The notes under the pieces were generated by a model, which saw only the letters and a program-made list of their open reading frames with translations, had not been told where the DNA came from and ran no database searches. Of a DNA stretch of 62,684 nucleotides, positions 29,279-38,011 are shown piece by piece. The DNA comes from Bacteroidota bacterium. GTDB lineage: Bacteria > Bacteroidota > Bacteroidia > Bacteroidales > UBA12077. A program made the position numbers and the translations under genes. Every line of letters starts with the position of its first letter. The stretch's first letter is position 1. The stretch lies in assembly GCA_034189025.1 (NCBI GenBank), contig JAXHVS010000142.1, forward strand, positions 66,147-128,830, written 5' to 3'.

Positions 29279-31078
29279 ATGAGCTCAACACCAACTATTA
29301 ATATTTTAACCGGTAAGAATCTATACTATATTTTTCTTGCGGGTGCCCATAAAATTCTTGAACATCAAAAAGAGCTGAACGATATCAATGTTTTCCCTGT
29401 TCCCGATGCTGATACAGGCTCAAATCTTGCATCAACCATTCGTTCAATAATTGAGAAAATAGGGCATGATAAATCGTACAAGGAAACAGCTGATTCTATT
29501 GCCAATGCTGCCTTAGACGGCGCTCGTGGTAATTCAGGAGTAATTTTTGCTCAGTTTCTTTACGGCACCAGTAACGAAACCTGCGAATGTAGTGAAATGA
29601 GCATCGAAAAATTTGCTCAATCGGTTAAAAATGCCGTCAATTATATTTACGAAGCGATTGCCGAACCTGTTGAAGGAACCATGTTGACCGTTATTCGCGA
29701 ATGGGCAGAGCATATTTATTCGAGCAAAGAAAAAGTGAAGGATTTTCAGGAACTACTGATTGATTCCTACCAGGTGGCTAAAAAGTCGTTAGCCCAAACA
29801 ACCAATAAATTAAAAATACTTGCAAAATCAAATGTTGTTGATGCCGGCGCAAAAGGCTTTGTATTATTCCTTGAAGGGATATTAGAATTAATTCATACTA
29901 AAGATATTCGTAAATTAATTATTTCAAAAGAAGATCCACTTGAATTAAATTTTGATGATTCGATTTCTCATGAAACCTTAACCTACCGTTATTGTACTGA
30001 GGCACTAATAAAAGCTGAAAAGATTGATAAAAACGAATTAAGAAAAGTTATTAAATCGTTCGGTGATTCCTTGGTTATTGCCGGATCTGAAAAAATGGTT
30101 CGAATTCATATACATACCGACCAGCCACAAAAACTTTTTAATGCAGTAAAAGATTTTGGTGTAATGACCTATCAGAAAGCAGATGATATGTACCGACAAT
30201 ATGAAGTTGCTCATAAAAGAAAACATAGAATTGCCCTCGTTACCGATTCTGCGTGCGATTTATCCCCCGATTTAATTGATTATCATCAAATTCATTTTGT
30301 TCCGATTAATATTTTTATTGGCGAGAACCATTACCTGGATAAGGTTACGATGCATCCACAGAATTTTTACGATTTGGTGGATGAAAACAGGGAGTTTGCC
30401 AAAACAGCACAACCCAACGAAAAAGCATTTGAAAATTTGTATGCTTATCTTGCTTCGCATTATGATTCGATAATTGCTGTCCATTTAACCAGTAAGTTTA
30501 GTGGCACCTATCAAAGCAGTGTAAAGGCAGCCGAAAAAATAAGTAAAGAATTTGACAAAAAAATTACAGTTATTGATTCGTACAATCTTTCGGGATCTTT
30601 AGGACTAATAGCTTTACGAATAGCTCAAGAAATCGAAAAGGGAACAAGTCATGATATGATTGTTGAACAACTTGAGTTATGGATTCGTAAATCGAAAATT
30701 TTGGTAAGTGTTAAAAATTTAAAATACATGGTACGTGGTGGGCGAGTAAGCCCGATGAAAGAAAAAATAGCATCTTTAATGAATGTAAAACCTATCGTTT
30801 CTATGAATCCTGATGGTACATCAACCCTTTTTGATAAAGCTTTTAGCCAAAAAGGGAATATGAAAAAAGTAATTAAACATATAGATAATAACCTGAAGAA
30901 TAATAAATTGTGGAATTATATTGTATTACATGCTAATAATTTGGATGGGGCTAACTGGTATATCGAAAGTATGATAAATTTAACAGGAAAAGATCCTGTT
31001 TCGGTGGTAAATATTTCTCCGGTTATTGGATTAAGTGCAGGCCGTGGTGCCGTTTCTGTTGCTTTTATGACCGAATAA
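29279..31078 (+). CDS. DAK2-domain (FakA/YloV-like) protein fused to a DegV (FakB-like) fatty-acid-binding domain
   Basis: N-terminal half: PDADTGSNL, GARGNSGVI, VVDAGAKGF, GDSLVIAGSEKMVRIHIHT. C-terminal half: IALVTDSACDLSPD...VPINIFIGENHYLD...HLTSKFSGTYQS, a DegV pattern. The track ORF opens at GTG 29273; ATG is at 29279. Confidence 0.8.
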   Translation: MSSTPTINILTGKNLYYIFLAGAHKILEHQKELNDINVFPVPDADTGSNLASTIRSIIEKIGHDKSYKETADSIANAALDGARGNSGVIFAQFLYGTSNETCECSEMSIEKFAQSVKNAVNYIYEAIAEPVEGTMLTVIREWAEHIYSSKEKVKDFQELLIDSYQVAKKSLAQTTNKLKILAKSNVVDAGAKGFVLFLEGILELIHTKDIRKLIISKEDPLELNFDDSISHETLTYRYCTEALIKAEKIDKNELRKVIKSFGDSLVIAGSEKMVRIHIHTDQPQKLFNAVKDFGVMTYQKADDMYRQYEVAHKRKHRIALVTDSACDLSPDLIDYHQIHFVPINIFIGENHYLDKVTMHPQNFYDLVDENREFAKTAQPNEKAFENLYAYLASHYDSIIAVHLTSKFSGTYQSSVKAAEKISKEFDKKITVIDSYNLSGSLGLIALRIAQEIEKGTSHDMIVEQLELWIRKSKILVSVKNLKYMVRGGRVSPMKEKIASLMNVKPIVSMNPDGTSTLFDKAFSQKGNMKKVIKHIDNNLKNNKLWNYIVLHANNLDGANWYIESMINLTGKDPVSVVNISPVIGLSAGRGAVSVAFMTE

Positions 31079-31088
31079 TTACTAGCGA

Positions 31089-31295
31089 TCAGTAAACAAA
31101 ATGATTTCTTTCGGGCATTACAATCCATAAGATGATATAAACAATGATCCCAGGAAATGCAACACTAAAAATACTTATAATCAGATATAAAATTCGAACT
31201 AATGCAATATCCCATCCAAAATATTCGGCAATGCCGGCACAAACACCGGCAATAACCTGGTTGTGCGAACGGGTGAGTTTTTTTTGATAGGTCAT
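31089..31295 (-). CDS. PspC-domain membrane protein
   Basis: MTYQKKLTRSHNQVIAGVCAGIAEYFGWDIALVRILYLI is the PspC-domain pattern, followed by a TM helix. The track ORF starts at TTG 31313; ATG 31295 is preferred. Confidence 0.75.
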   Translation of the reverse strand: MTYQKKLTRSHNQVIAGVCAGIAEYFGWDIALVRILYLIISIFSVAFPGIIVYIILWIVMPERNHFVY

Positions 31296-31397
31296 ATGAT
31301 TATTTTTTTTCAAAAATAATTCTAAATATTATTGATAACAAAATAGCAGGAAATATATTATATTTACACTAGTATTATAAAATAAAAATTAAATTAA

Positions 31398-33524
31398 ATG
31401 AAAGATAAAAAATTATTAAAAGTTTCTGTAATTATATTTTTTGGATTATTTATGATTACAGGATGTAAAAACACCAAAAACATTCAACCACCCGATGCTA
31501 TGAAAAAACCGAAGGAGTTAACCATACACGGTAATACGCGGATTGACAATTATTACTGGTTAAACGACAGGGAAAATCCAGCAGTAATTGAATATTTGGA
31601 AGCTGAAAACAGGTATACTGAATCGGTTTTAAAACCTACCGAAGATTTGCAGGAAAAACTTTTTGAAGAAATGAAATCGCGTATAAAAGAAACGGATCAA
31701 TCTGTTCCGTATTTTTTTAATGGCTATTACTATTACTCCCGCTACGAAGAGGGAAAAGAATATCCGTTTTATTGCCGCAAAAAGGGAACGCTTGATGCTA
31801 ACGAAGAAGTGATGCTCAATGTGAACGAAATGGCTAAAGGGTATGATTTTTATAGGGTAACCGGCATTAATGTTAGCCCTGATAACAAATTACTGGCATT
31901 TGGTGTCGATACCGTTAGCCGTAGAAAATATACCATTCATGTAAAAAATTTAGAAACCGGCGAGATATTAGCTGATAATATTCCTTTAACAACCGGCTCG
32001 GCTGCATGGGCAAACGATAGTAAAACATTTTTTTATACGCAAAAAGATGATGTTACACTTCGATCATACAAAATACTTAAACATAATCTTGGTAATGTTC
32101 ATACTTTGGATCAAGAAATTTATCACGAAGAGGATGAAACATTTAGTACCGGAATTTATAAATCTAAATCACAAAAATATTTAATCATTAGTTCTTATAG
32201 TACATTATCTAATGAGTATCGTTATTTGGATGCCAATAAACCTGATGGTGATTTTAAAATTATACAACCTCGTGAACGAGGTTTAGAATATGAGGTGGCT
32301 CATTTTGGTGATTATTTCTATATTAAAACCAATTTAAACGCTAAAAATTTTAGGTTAATGCGCACACCGGTTAATAAAACAACAAAAGAAAACTGGGAAG
32401 AAATAATTCCACACCGCAATGATGTTTTTCTTGAAGGAGTAGAAATCTTTAAAAATTATCTTGTGGTTGAAGAACGTAGCAATGGATTAAATAATATTAG
32501 AGTAATCAACTGGGAAACAAATGATGAACATTATATTGATTTCGACGAAGAAGTGTATATGGCCTATGTTTCTACCAATCCTGATTTTGATACCGATGTA
32601 TTGCGATTTGGTTATACATCGATGACTACACCGAACTCAACTTACGATTATAACATGAATACCCGTGAGCGTGAGCTGAAAAAACAACAGGAAGTACTGG
32701 GCAATTTTGACCCTTCAAACTATGAAACCAAAAGATTATGGGCTACTGCCGATGATGGTACTAAAATCCCTATGTCAATAGTATATCGTAAAGGAATTAA
32801 GTTAGACGGCAATAATCCAGCTTTACTTTATGGTTACGGTTCGTATGGAGCAACCATGGATCCCTATTTTAGCTCTATCCGTTTAAGCCTGCTTGATCGC
32901 GGTTTTGTTTATGCTATTGCACATGTTCGTGGCAGCCAGTACCTTGGGCGCCAGTGGTACGAAGAGGGTAAGTTGCTGAAAAAAATGAATACATTTACCG
33001 ATTTTAATGATTGTGCCGAGTATCTAATTGAACAAAACTATACTAATCCTGATAAACTTTTTGCTATGGGCGGAAGCGCAGGAGGACTTTTAATGGGAGC
33101 TATAGTGAATTTACAGCCTGAGCTTTATAAAGGAGTTGTTGCTGCTGTTCCGTTTGTTGATGTTGTGACAACAATGCTTGATGAAAGTATTCCTTTAACA
33201 ACAAGTGAGTTTGATGAATGGGGCAATCCTAAAGTTAAAGAATATTACGATTATATGCTTTCCTACTCGCCGTACGACCAGGTTAAACCACAGGATTATC
33301 CGGCGATGCTTGTAACTACAGGTTTGCACGACTCGCAGGTGCAATACTGGGAACCAGCCAAATGGGTCGCTAAGTTACGCGATATGAAAACTGATGACAA
33401 TGTATTGCTATTACATACCAATATGAAAGCAGGCCATGGCGGTGCTTCCGGCCGATTCGAAGCACTGAGGGAAACAGCAATGGAATATGCATTTATGTTT
33501 CAACAATTGAGGATTAAAGAATAA
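31398..33524 (+). CDS. ptrB: S9A-family serine peptidase, oligopeptidase B-like
   Basis: 708 aa with lipoprotein-like signal (MITGCKN), a beta-propeller N-domain, nucleophile motif GGSAGGLL, and D/H in GLHDSQV and GHGG. Confidence 0.85.
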   Translation: MKDKKLLKVSVIIFFGLFMITGCKNTKNIQPPDAMKKPKELTIHGNTRIDNYYWLNDRENPAVIEYLEAENRYTESVLKPTEDLQEKLFEEMKSRIKETDQSVPYFFNGYYYYSRYEEGKEYPFYCRKKGTLDANEEVMLNVNEMAKGYDFYRVTGINVSPDNKLLAFGVDTVSRRKYTIHVKNLETGEILADNIPLTTGSAAWANDSKTFFYTQKDDVTLRSYKILKHNLGNVHTLDQEIYHEEDETFSTGIYKSKSQKYLIISSYSTLSNEYRYLDANKPDGDFKIIQPRERGLEYEVAHFGDYFYIKTNLNAKNFRLMRTPVNKTTKENWEEIIPHRNDVFLEGVEIFKNYLVVEERSNGLNNIRVINWETNDEHYIDFDEEVYMAYVSTNPDFDTDVLRFGYTSMTTPNSTYDYNMNTRERELKKQQEVLGNFDPSNYETKRLWATADDGTKIPMSIVYRKGIKLDGNNPALLYGYGSYGATMDPYFSSIRLSLLDRGFVYAIAHVRGSQYLGRQWYEEGKLLKKMNTFTDFNDCAEYLIEQNYTNPDKLFAMGGSAGGLLMGAIVNLQPELYKGVVAAVPFVDVVTTMLDESIPLTTSEFDEWGNPKVKEYYDYMLSYSPYDQVKPQDYPAMLVTTGLHDSQVQYWEPAKWVAKLRDMKTDDNVLLLHTNMKAGHGGASGRFEALRETAMEYAFMFQQLRIKE

Positions 33525-33541
33525 TATTGTTTTTCATCTTG

Positions 33542-33579
33542 AAAGCTTGTTAAAAAAAATTAGCAGGCTTTCTTTTTTG
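33542..33579 (+). terminator. intrinsic terminator after the oligopeptidase gene
   Basis: 13-bp stem GAAAGCTTGTTAA / TTAGCAGGCTTTC (two G-U pairs), an A6 loop, then TTTTTT. Confidence 0.7.
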
Positions 33580-33627
33580 ATGATTTTTTTGTAATTTGTA
33601 TAAAATAATAAATTAAATAAAAACAAG

Positions 33628-33801
33628 ATGAAACATCGATTTTTAACAGGATTTACCGTAGGTTTTATTATCGCATTTTTAGGCGATATAATTATTGTAT
33701 CATCTGATGTTAGAAGCTTTTGGGCCAGAATAATTTTATTTTTAGTTGGAGTAGCAATATTTGCAATTCTTTGGTTTATAAGAAAACGGCCCGAAAAATA
33801 A
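33628..33801 (+). CDS. possible small two-TM membrane protein (57 aa), not in the ORF track
   Basis: Own translation: MKHRFLTGFTVGFIIAFLGDIIIVSSDVRSFWARIILFLVGVAIFAILWFIRKRPEK*. It has two hydrophobic helices and a basic tail. There is no other support. Confidence 0.3.
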   Translation: MKHRFLTGFTVGFIIAFLGDIIIVSSDVRSFWARIILFLVGVAIFAILWFIRKRPEK

Positions 33802-33803
33802 AA

Positions 33804-34532
33804 TTACCTGGTTTCAGGTTGCCTTTGATTCCTTTGGTAAAAAATCCAAAACGTATACATGAGAACCAATACTCCGGTTAAGAATATGAACCAGGGGAAT
33901 TTAAAAGGCATATATTGTACCGATAAATCAAAAAGTTTATCGCTAAACGATTTCTGTTGAATTTCTTTTATAGAGATGTTCTGGATTAAAAACCGGCAAT
34001 AATCCCAAATAAACGATAAAAAAACAATAAAGGCCCCTGCAATCAATAAAAGCCACTCTTTTTTAATGATTTTGGTTTTGTTTCCTGTTTTTAAATTGAA
34101 ATGATATATTATCATCGAAAGAATAATCATTAAAATGGAGATAATAACAGGAGTAATTACCGGCCCTGTCCAGGTAATGGGGATTAAAAATAAAATATCC
34201 CAGTCCATTAAACTGTCCGGCCATCCCAAAAATATCCATAAGTGGACATAATAAACAATATCCCAAACGGCAAAGGTGTAAATAAACCATGCAAAACGCT
34301 GCGAAAAGTTTTTCCCGGCTATAATGGCAACACTTAAAAGCATACAAAGCGATGCCAGTTCTCTTACCAGCTCTGTAATCGCAATATAATTTCCCATAGG
34401 CTGTAAAGGAAAAGAAAAACCTCCGGGATAATAAAGTGCTCTTAAATAAACTACAACTGAACCTTCGAATATTCCCATCGAAACAGCAAATAGGGTAATC
34501 CACAGGATTATTTTGTGCTTTTTAAAATTCAT
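33804..34532 (-). CDS. hypothetical polytopic membrane protein
   Basis: 242-aa ORF with about 6-7 TM helices. No recognised family. Confidence 0.55.
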   Translation of the reverse strand: MNFKKHKIILWITLFAVSMGIFEGSVVVYLRALYYPGGFSFPLQPMGNYIAITELVRELASLCMLLSVAIIAGKNFSQRFAWFIYTFAVWDIVYYVHLWIFLGWPDSLMDWDILFLIPITWTGPVITPVIISILMIILSMIIYHFNLKTGNKTKIIKKEWLLLIAGAFIVFLSFIWDYCRFLIQNISIKEIQQKSFSDKLFDLSVQYMPFKFPWFIFLTGVLVLMYTFWIFYQRNQRQPETR

Positions 34533-34617
34533 GGTATTGATTTTTTGAATATTTTAAAAGTAATGCAGATAATGGAAAATATCAAATATTAATTTATGAA
34601 TACATCATGTTAAATGT

Positions 34618-34625
34618 TAATTTTG
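34618..34625 (+). promoter_or_regulatory. Bacteroidota-type -7 box TAATTTTG
   Basis: Matches TAnnTTTG just upstream of the mutS2 start. Confidence 0.35.
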
Positions 34626-34635
34626 TACCGATTAC

Positions 34636-37131
34636 TTGAAAAACAACAAGATAGTGTTATATCCTGAAAATTTTGAAAATAAAATAGGTTTCGATAGAAT
34701 CCGGGAGATGCTTAAAGGTGGTTGCCTGTGTAATCTTGGGCGTAACCGTGTAGATAAAATTCGTTTCTCAAAAAATTATACGTTTATTCAAACCCTGGTA
34801 AGCCAGGTAGATGAGTTTAAACAGATAATGGCAATGGAAGAGGATTTTCCGTTAAATCACTTCTTCGATGTTACCGATGCCATAAAAAAAATAAGAGTCG
34901 AAGGAACGTATCTATTACCCGAAGAATTGTTTGGCCTCAAACGTTCGCTCGAAACCATCAGAGCAATTCTAAATTTTTTTAAAACACGCAAGGATGATGA
35001 GAAATATCCCTATTTACAGCGGTTAACCGAAAATGTAAAGTTGTATCCCTTTATTTTTGAACGTATTGATGGGATTATCACCAAAGATGGTAAAATAAAA
35101 GATAATGCATCACCTGATTTGGGTGCTATCCGTAAAGAAATTAGCCATAAAGAACGTACGGTATCCAAACGATTACATGCTATCCTTAAGGAAGCTCAAA
35201 AATCAGGTATTGTTGAGCCGGATATTAGCTTATCCATTCGCGATGGGCGGGCCACCATTCCGGTAGATGCTTCCCATAAAAGAAAAATTAAAGGGTTAAT
35301 ACTCGATGAGTCGGCTACCGGAAAAACCGCATATATAGAACCGACAGAGATTGTTGAGCTGAATAACGATATTCGTGAACTTTATTACGCCGAAAAGCGC
35401 GAAATTATTAAAATACTTACATCCTTTACAAATGATGTAAGGCCTTACAGCAATGATCTATTATTAGCTTATGAATTTATGGGAACGATTGATTTTATCC
35501 GTTCAAAAGCCTTATTAGCTAATAAATTAAACGGGATAAAACCAGTATTTGTCAATCGACCTTATCTGCAGTGGAAACAAGCCATTCATCCGTTATTGTT
35601 TTTATCATTTCAAGACGAAAACCGAAAAGTGGTACCTTTAGATATTGAGTTGAATAATGATAACCAGCGGATATTATTAATATCGGGGCCTAATGCAGGA
35701 GGTAAATCCGTTTGTTTACAAACGGTCGGTTTATTGCAATATATGTTTCAGTGCGGATTATTGGTCCCTATGCATGAAAACTCTGAAATAGGAATTTTTC
35801 AGCATCTGTTTATTAATATTGGCGATGACCAGTCCATAGAAAATGATTTGAGTACCTACAGCTCGCATTTGATGAATATGAAATATTTTATTAAATCGGC
35901 CAATCAAAAAACATTACTGTTGATTGATGAGTTTGGTTCGGGAACAGAACCTATGCTGGGTGGTGCGATTGCTGAATCTATTTTAGATACTTTAAACCAA
36001 AAAAAAGTTTTTGGTGTAATTACAACGCATTATACCAACCTTAAACATTTTGCATCCTCTGCACATGGCATTGAAAATGGAGCAATGCTATTCGATACCG
36101 ACAAAATACAACCGTTGTTTAAATTATCGATAGGAGAGCCTGGCAGCTCTTTTGCTTTTGAAATTGCCCGAAAAATTGGATTGCCCGAAGATATTTTACA
36201 ATCGGCAACAGCCAAAATTGGTAAAGGCCATATCAATTTTGATAAAAACCTGAAAGATATTATTCGGGATAAGCGTTATTGGGAATCGAAGCGCGAAAGT
36301 GTCCGGAAATCGGAGAAAAAACTGGAGCAACTGATTGCTAATTATTCATCGGAATTAGAAGATGCCGAGAAATTGCGCAAGGAAGTGCTAAAAAAAGCGA
36401 AAGAAGATGCACAACAAATGCTTGACGGAGTAAATAAACGGATTGAAAATACTATTCGTGAAATTCGTGAAAGCCAGGCCGAAAAAGAAAAAACCAAAAA
36501 AGCCCGAAAACAATTGGCTGATTATAAAGAGCAGATAGAAAATATTGATAGCACAGAAGAGGAAAAAATACAGCGAAAAATTGAAAAGCTGAAAAATCGG
36601 GAAAAGAGGAAAAAAGAGTCAACAAAACCGGTTAAGGAAAATCAAAAAGAAGAATCAAAACCTGATATTTTTGAGAAAGGAGATAAAGTAAGGCTCCATG
36701 GGCAGGAAACAGCAGGAGAGGTGTTGGATGTGAACGGGCAAAGCATTATGGTAGCTTTTGGAAACATGATTACTACGTTGGATAAAAAGAGGCTGGAAAA
36801 AATTTCAGAGAAACAGTATCAACAAATGGCTGGTTCTGATGGACAGGCTTCTTCGCCAAAATGGGATTTTGGCGAAAAACGGTTAAATTTTAAACCGGAA
36901 ATTGATGTTCGCGGCAAACGAGCCGACGAGGCCTTGCAGGCGGTTCGCGACTTTATTGATGAGGCTTTGGTAATCAATATCGGAACGGTAAAAATACTGC
37001 ATGGTAAAGGCGACGGTATTTTGCGCCAGCTTATTCGTCAGTACCTCGAAACAGTTGATTTAGTAAAAAGTTTCCACGACGAGAGTGTTCAGTTTGGCGG
37101 CTCAGGAATTACCATTGTTGAATTTGAATGA
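34636..37131 (+). CDS. mutS2: endonuclease MutS2 (MutS domain V ATPase plus C-terminal Smr)
   Basis: 831 aa with YPENFENKIGFDRI N-terminus, Walker A GPNAGGKS, DEFGSGTEP, a Lys/Glu-rich coiled coil and the Smr domain (IDVRGKRADEAL...LHGKGDGILR). TTG start in the track; the exact start is uncertain. Confidence 0.92.
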   Translation: MKNNKIVLYPENFENKIGFDRIREMLKGGCLCNLGRNRVDKIRFSKNYTFIQTLVSQVDEFKQIMAMEEDFPLNHFFDVTDAIKKIRVEGTYLLPEELFGLKRSLETIRAILNFFKTRKDDEKYPYLQRLTENVKLYPFIFERIDGIITKDGKIKDNASPDLGAIRKEISHKERTVSKRLHAILKEAQKSGIVEPDISLSIRDGRATIPVDASHKRKIKGLILDESATGKTAYIEPTEIVELNNDIRELYYAEKREIIKILTSFTNDVRPYSNDLLLAYEFMGTIDFIRSKALLANKLNGIKPVFVNRPYLQWKQAIHPLLFLSFQDENRKVVPLDIELNNDNQRILLISGPNAGGKSVCLQTVGLLQYMFQCGLLVPMHENSEIGIFQHLFINIGDDQSIENDLSTYSSHLMNMKYFIKSANQKTLLLIDEFGSGTEPMLGGAIAESILDTLNQKKVFGVITTHYTNLKHFASSAHGIENGAMLFDTDKIQPLFKLSIGEPGSSFAFEIARKIGLPEDILQSATAKIGKGHINFDKNLKDIIRDKRYWESKRESVRKSEKKLEQLIANYSSELEDAEKLRKEVLKKAKEDAQQMLDGVNKRIENTIREIRESQAEKEKTKKARKQLADYKEQIENIDSTEEEKIQRKIEKLKNREKRKKESTKPVKENQKEESKPDIFEKGDKVRLHGQETAGEVLDVNGQSIMVAFGNMITTLDKKRLEKISEKQYQQMAGSDGQASSPKWDFGEKRLNFKPEIDVRGKRADEALQAVRDFIDEALVINIGTVKILHGKGDGILRQLIRQYLETVDLVKSFHDESVQFGGSGITIVEFE

Positions 37132-37217
37132 TAGTTTAAAAATATGGAACATTGGAATTGGCTTATAATAAAATGATGTTCTAAATGATTCTGATTAAAA
37201 GTTAAATTTTTTGTTTT

Positions 37218-37535
37218 ATGACAAATAAAAGAAATATAGTGCTCTCTATGATAAAAAGAAAGGTACTGGAAATTGATTCCGGAGCAAGCATATTTCTTTA
37301 TGGCCCAAGAGCAAGTGGCGATGAACGAGCTGATTCTGACTGGGATATATTAATTCTAACAGATATGAAAGCTGATATGGAAACAGAGCAAATGTTCAGG
37401 CATCAGATTTATGATGTTGAATTGGAGCTTGGTGAATCAATATCAATTTTTGTATACAACAGAGACAAATGGAAGCAAAAGCATTGGATGACACCATTGT
37501 ATAACAATATAAAAAACGAAGGGATTACAATTTAA
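37218..37535 (+). CDS. MNT-type nucleotidyltransferase-domain protein (antitoxin-like partner of HEPN)
   Basis: 105 aa. IFLYGPRASGDERADSDWDILILTD resembles the minimal NTase motif hG[GS]...DxD, but reads GP instead of GS. Confidence 0.75.
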   Translation: MTNKRNIVLSMIKRKVLEIDSGASIFLYGPRASGDERADSDWDILILTDMKADMETEQMFRHQIYDVELELGESISIFVYNRDKWKQKHWMTPLYNNIKNEGITI

Positions 37536-37537
37536 AA

Positions 37538-37921
37538 ATGCCTTATACAAAAGAAGAATATATAAAATACAGAATAGAAAAAGCAAAAAGTACTTTGGAT
37601 GATGCTAAATTACTGGCAAAAAATTAAAGTTGGAATTCTTAAGTAAACAGGCTTTATTATGCTTGTTTTTATGCGATTTTAGCATTGTTTGCAAAATTTA
37701 ATATGAACAGCCAAACCCATTCTGGCGTAAAATCACAATTCTCTTTACACTTTATAAAACCCGGAAAACTTGATAAATCTTTAGGGCAGTTATATAATGA
37801 TTTATTTGATTTTAGGCAAAAAGGAGATTATGGTGATTTTTTTGAATTTGAAGAAAAGAATGTCCTTAAGTTGATTCCTTTATTAGTTGAAAAATTTCTG
37901 GAGAAGATTGAAAATTTTTAA
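37538..37921 (+). pseudogene. HEPN-domain gene with two in-frame TAA stop codons (37625-37627 and 37640-37642)
   Basis: Own translation from ATG 37538, 2 nt after the MNT stop: MPYTKEEYIKYRIEKAKSTLDDAKLLAKN*SWNS*VNRLYYACFYAILALFAKFNMNSQTHSGVKSQFSLHFIKPGKL...FDFRQKGDYGDF.... It is in the same frame as track ORF 37685-37921. Confidence 0.75.
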
Positions 37922-37980
37922 ATGAATAGTCATAAACTGAATACATTTGATTTTTATTGATAATAATTATCTAAATTTTG

Positions 37981-37988
37981 TAAATTTG
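37981..37988 (+). promoter_or_regulatory. Bacteroidota-type -7 box TAAATTTG
   Basis: Matches TAnnTTTG, 24 nt upstream of the TTG start at 38012. Confidence 0.35.
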
Positions 37989-38011
37989 GATAAACCAAAA
38001 TCACAAAAAAA

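Noticed and set aside
34063-34503. 146-aa Cys-rich ORF on the same strand as, but out of frame with, the 242-aa membrane protein
   Set aside because: It is fully nested in the longer ORF. Its Cys/Tyr/Phe-rich composition is a frame-shifted reading of hydrophobic codons, and it has no independent start or promoter signal. An overlapping-gene interpretation is unsupported.
37625-37642. Stop-codon reassignment or programmed readthrough as an explanation for the two TAA codons in the HEPN frame
   Set aside because: TAA is used as the ordinary terminator for many well-defined genes in this same window (for example recG, rnfB and gyrB), so reassignment is not tenable. Pseudogenisation is the simpler explanation.
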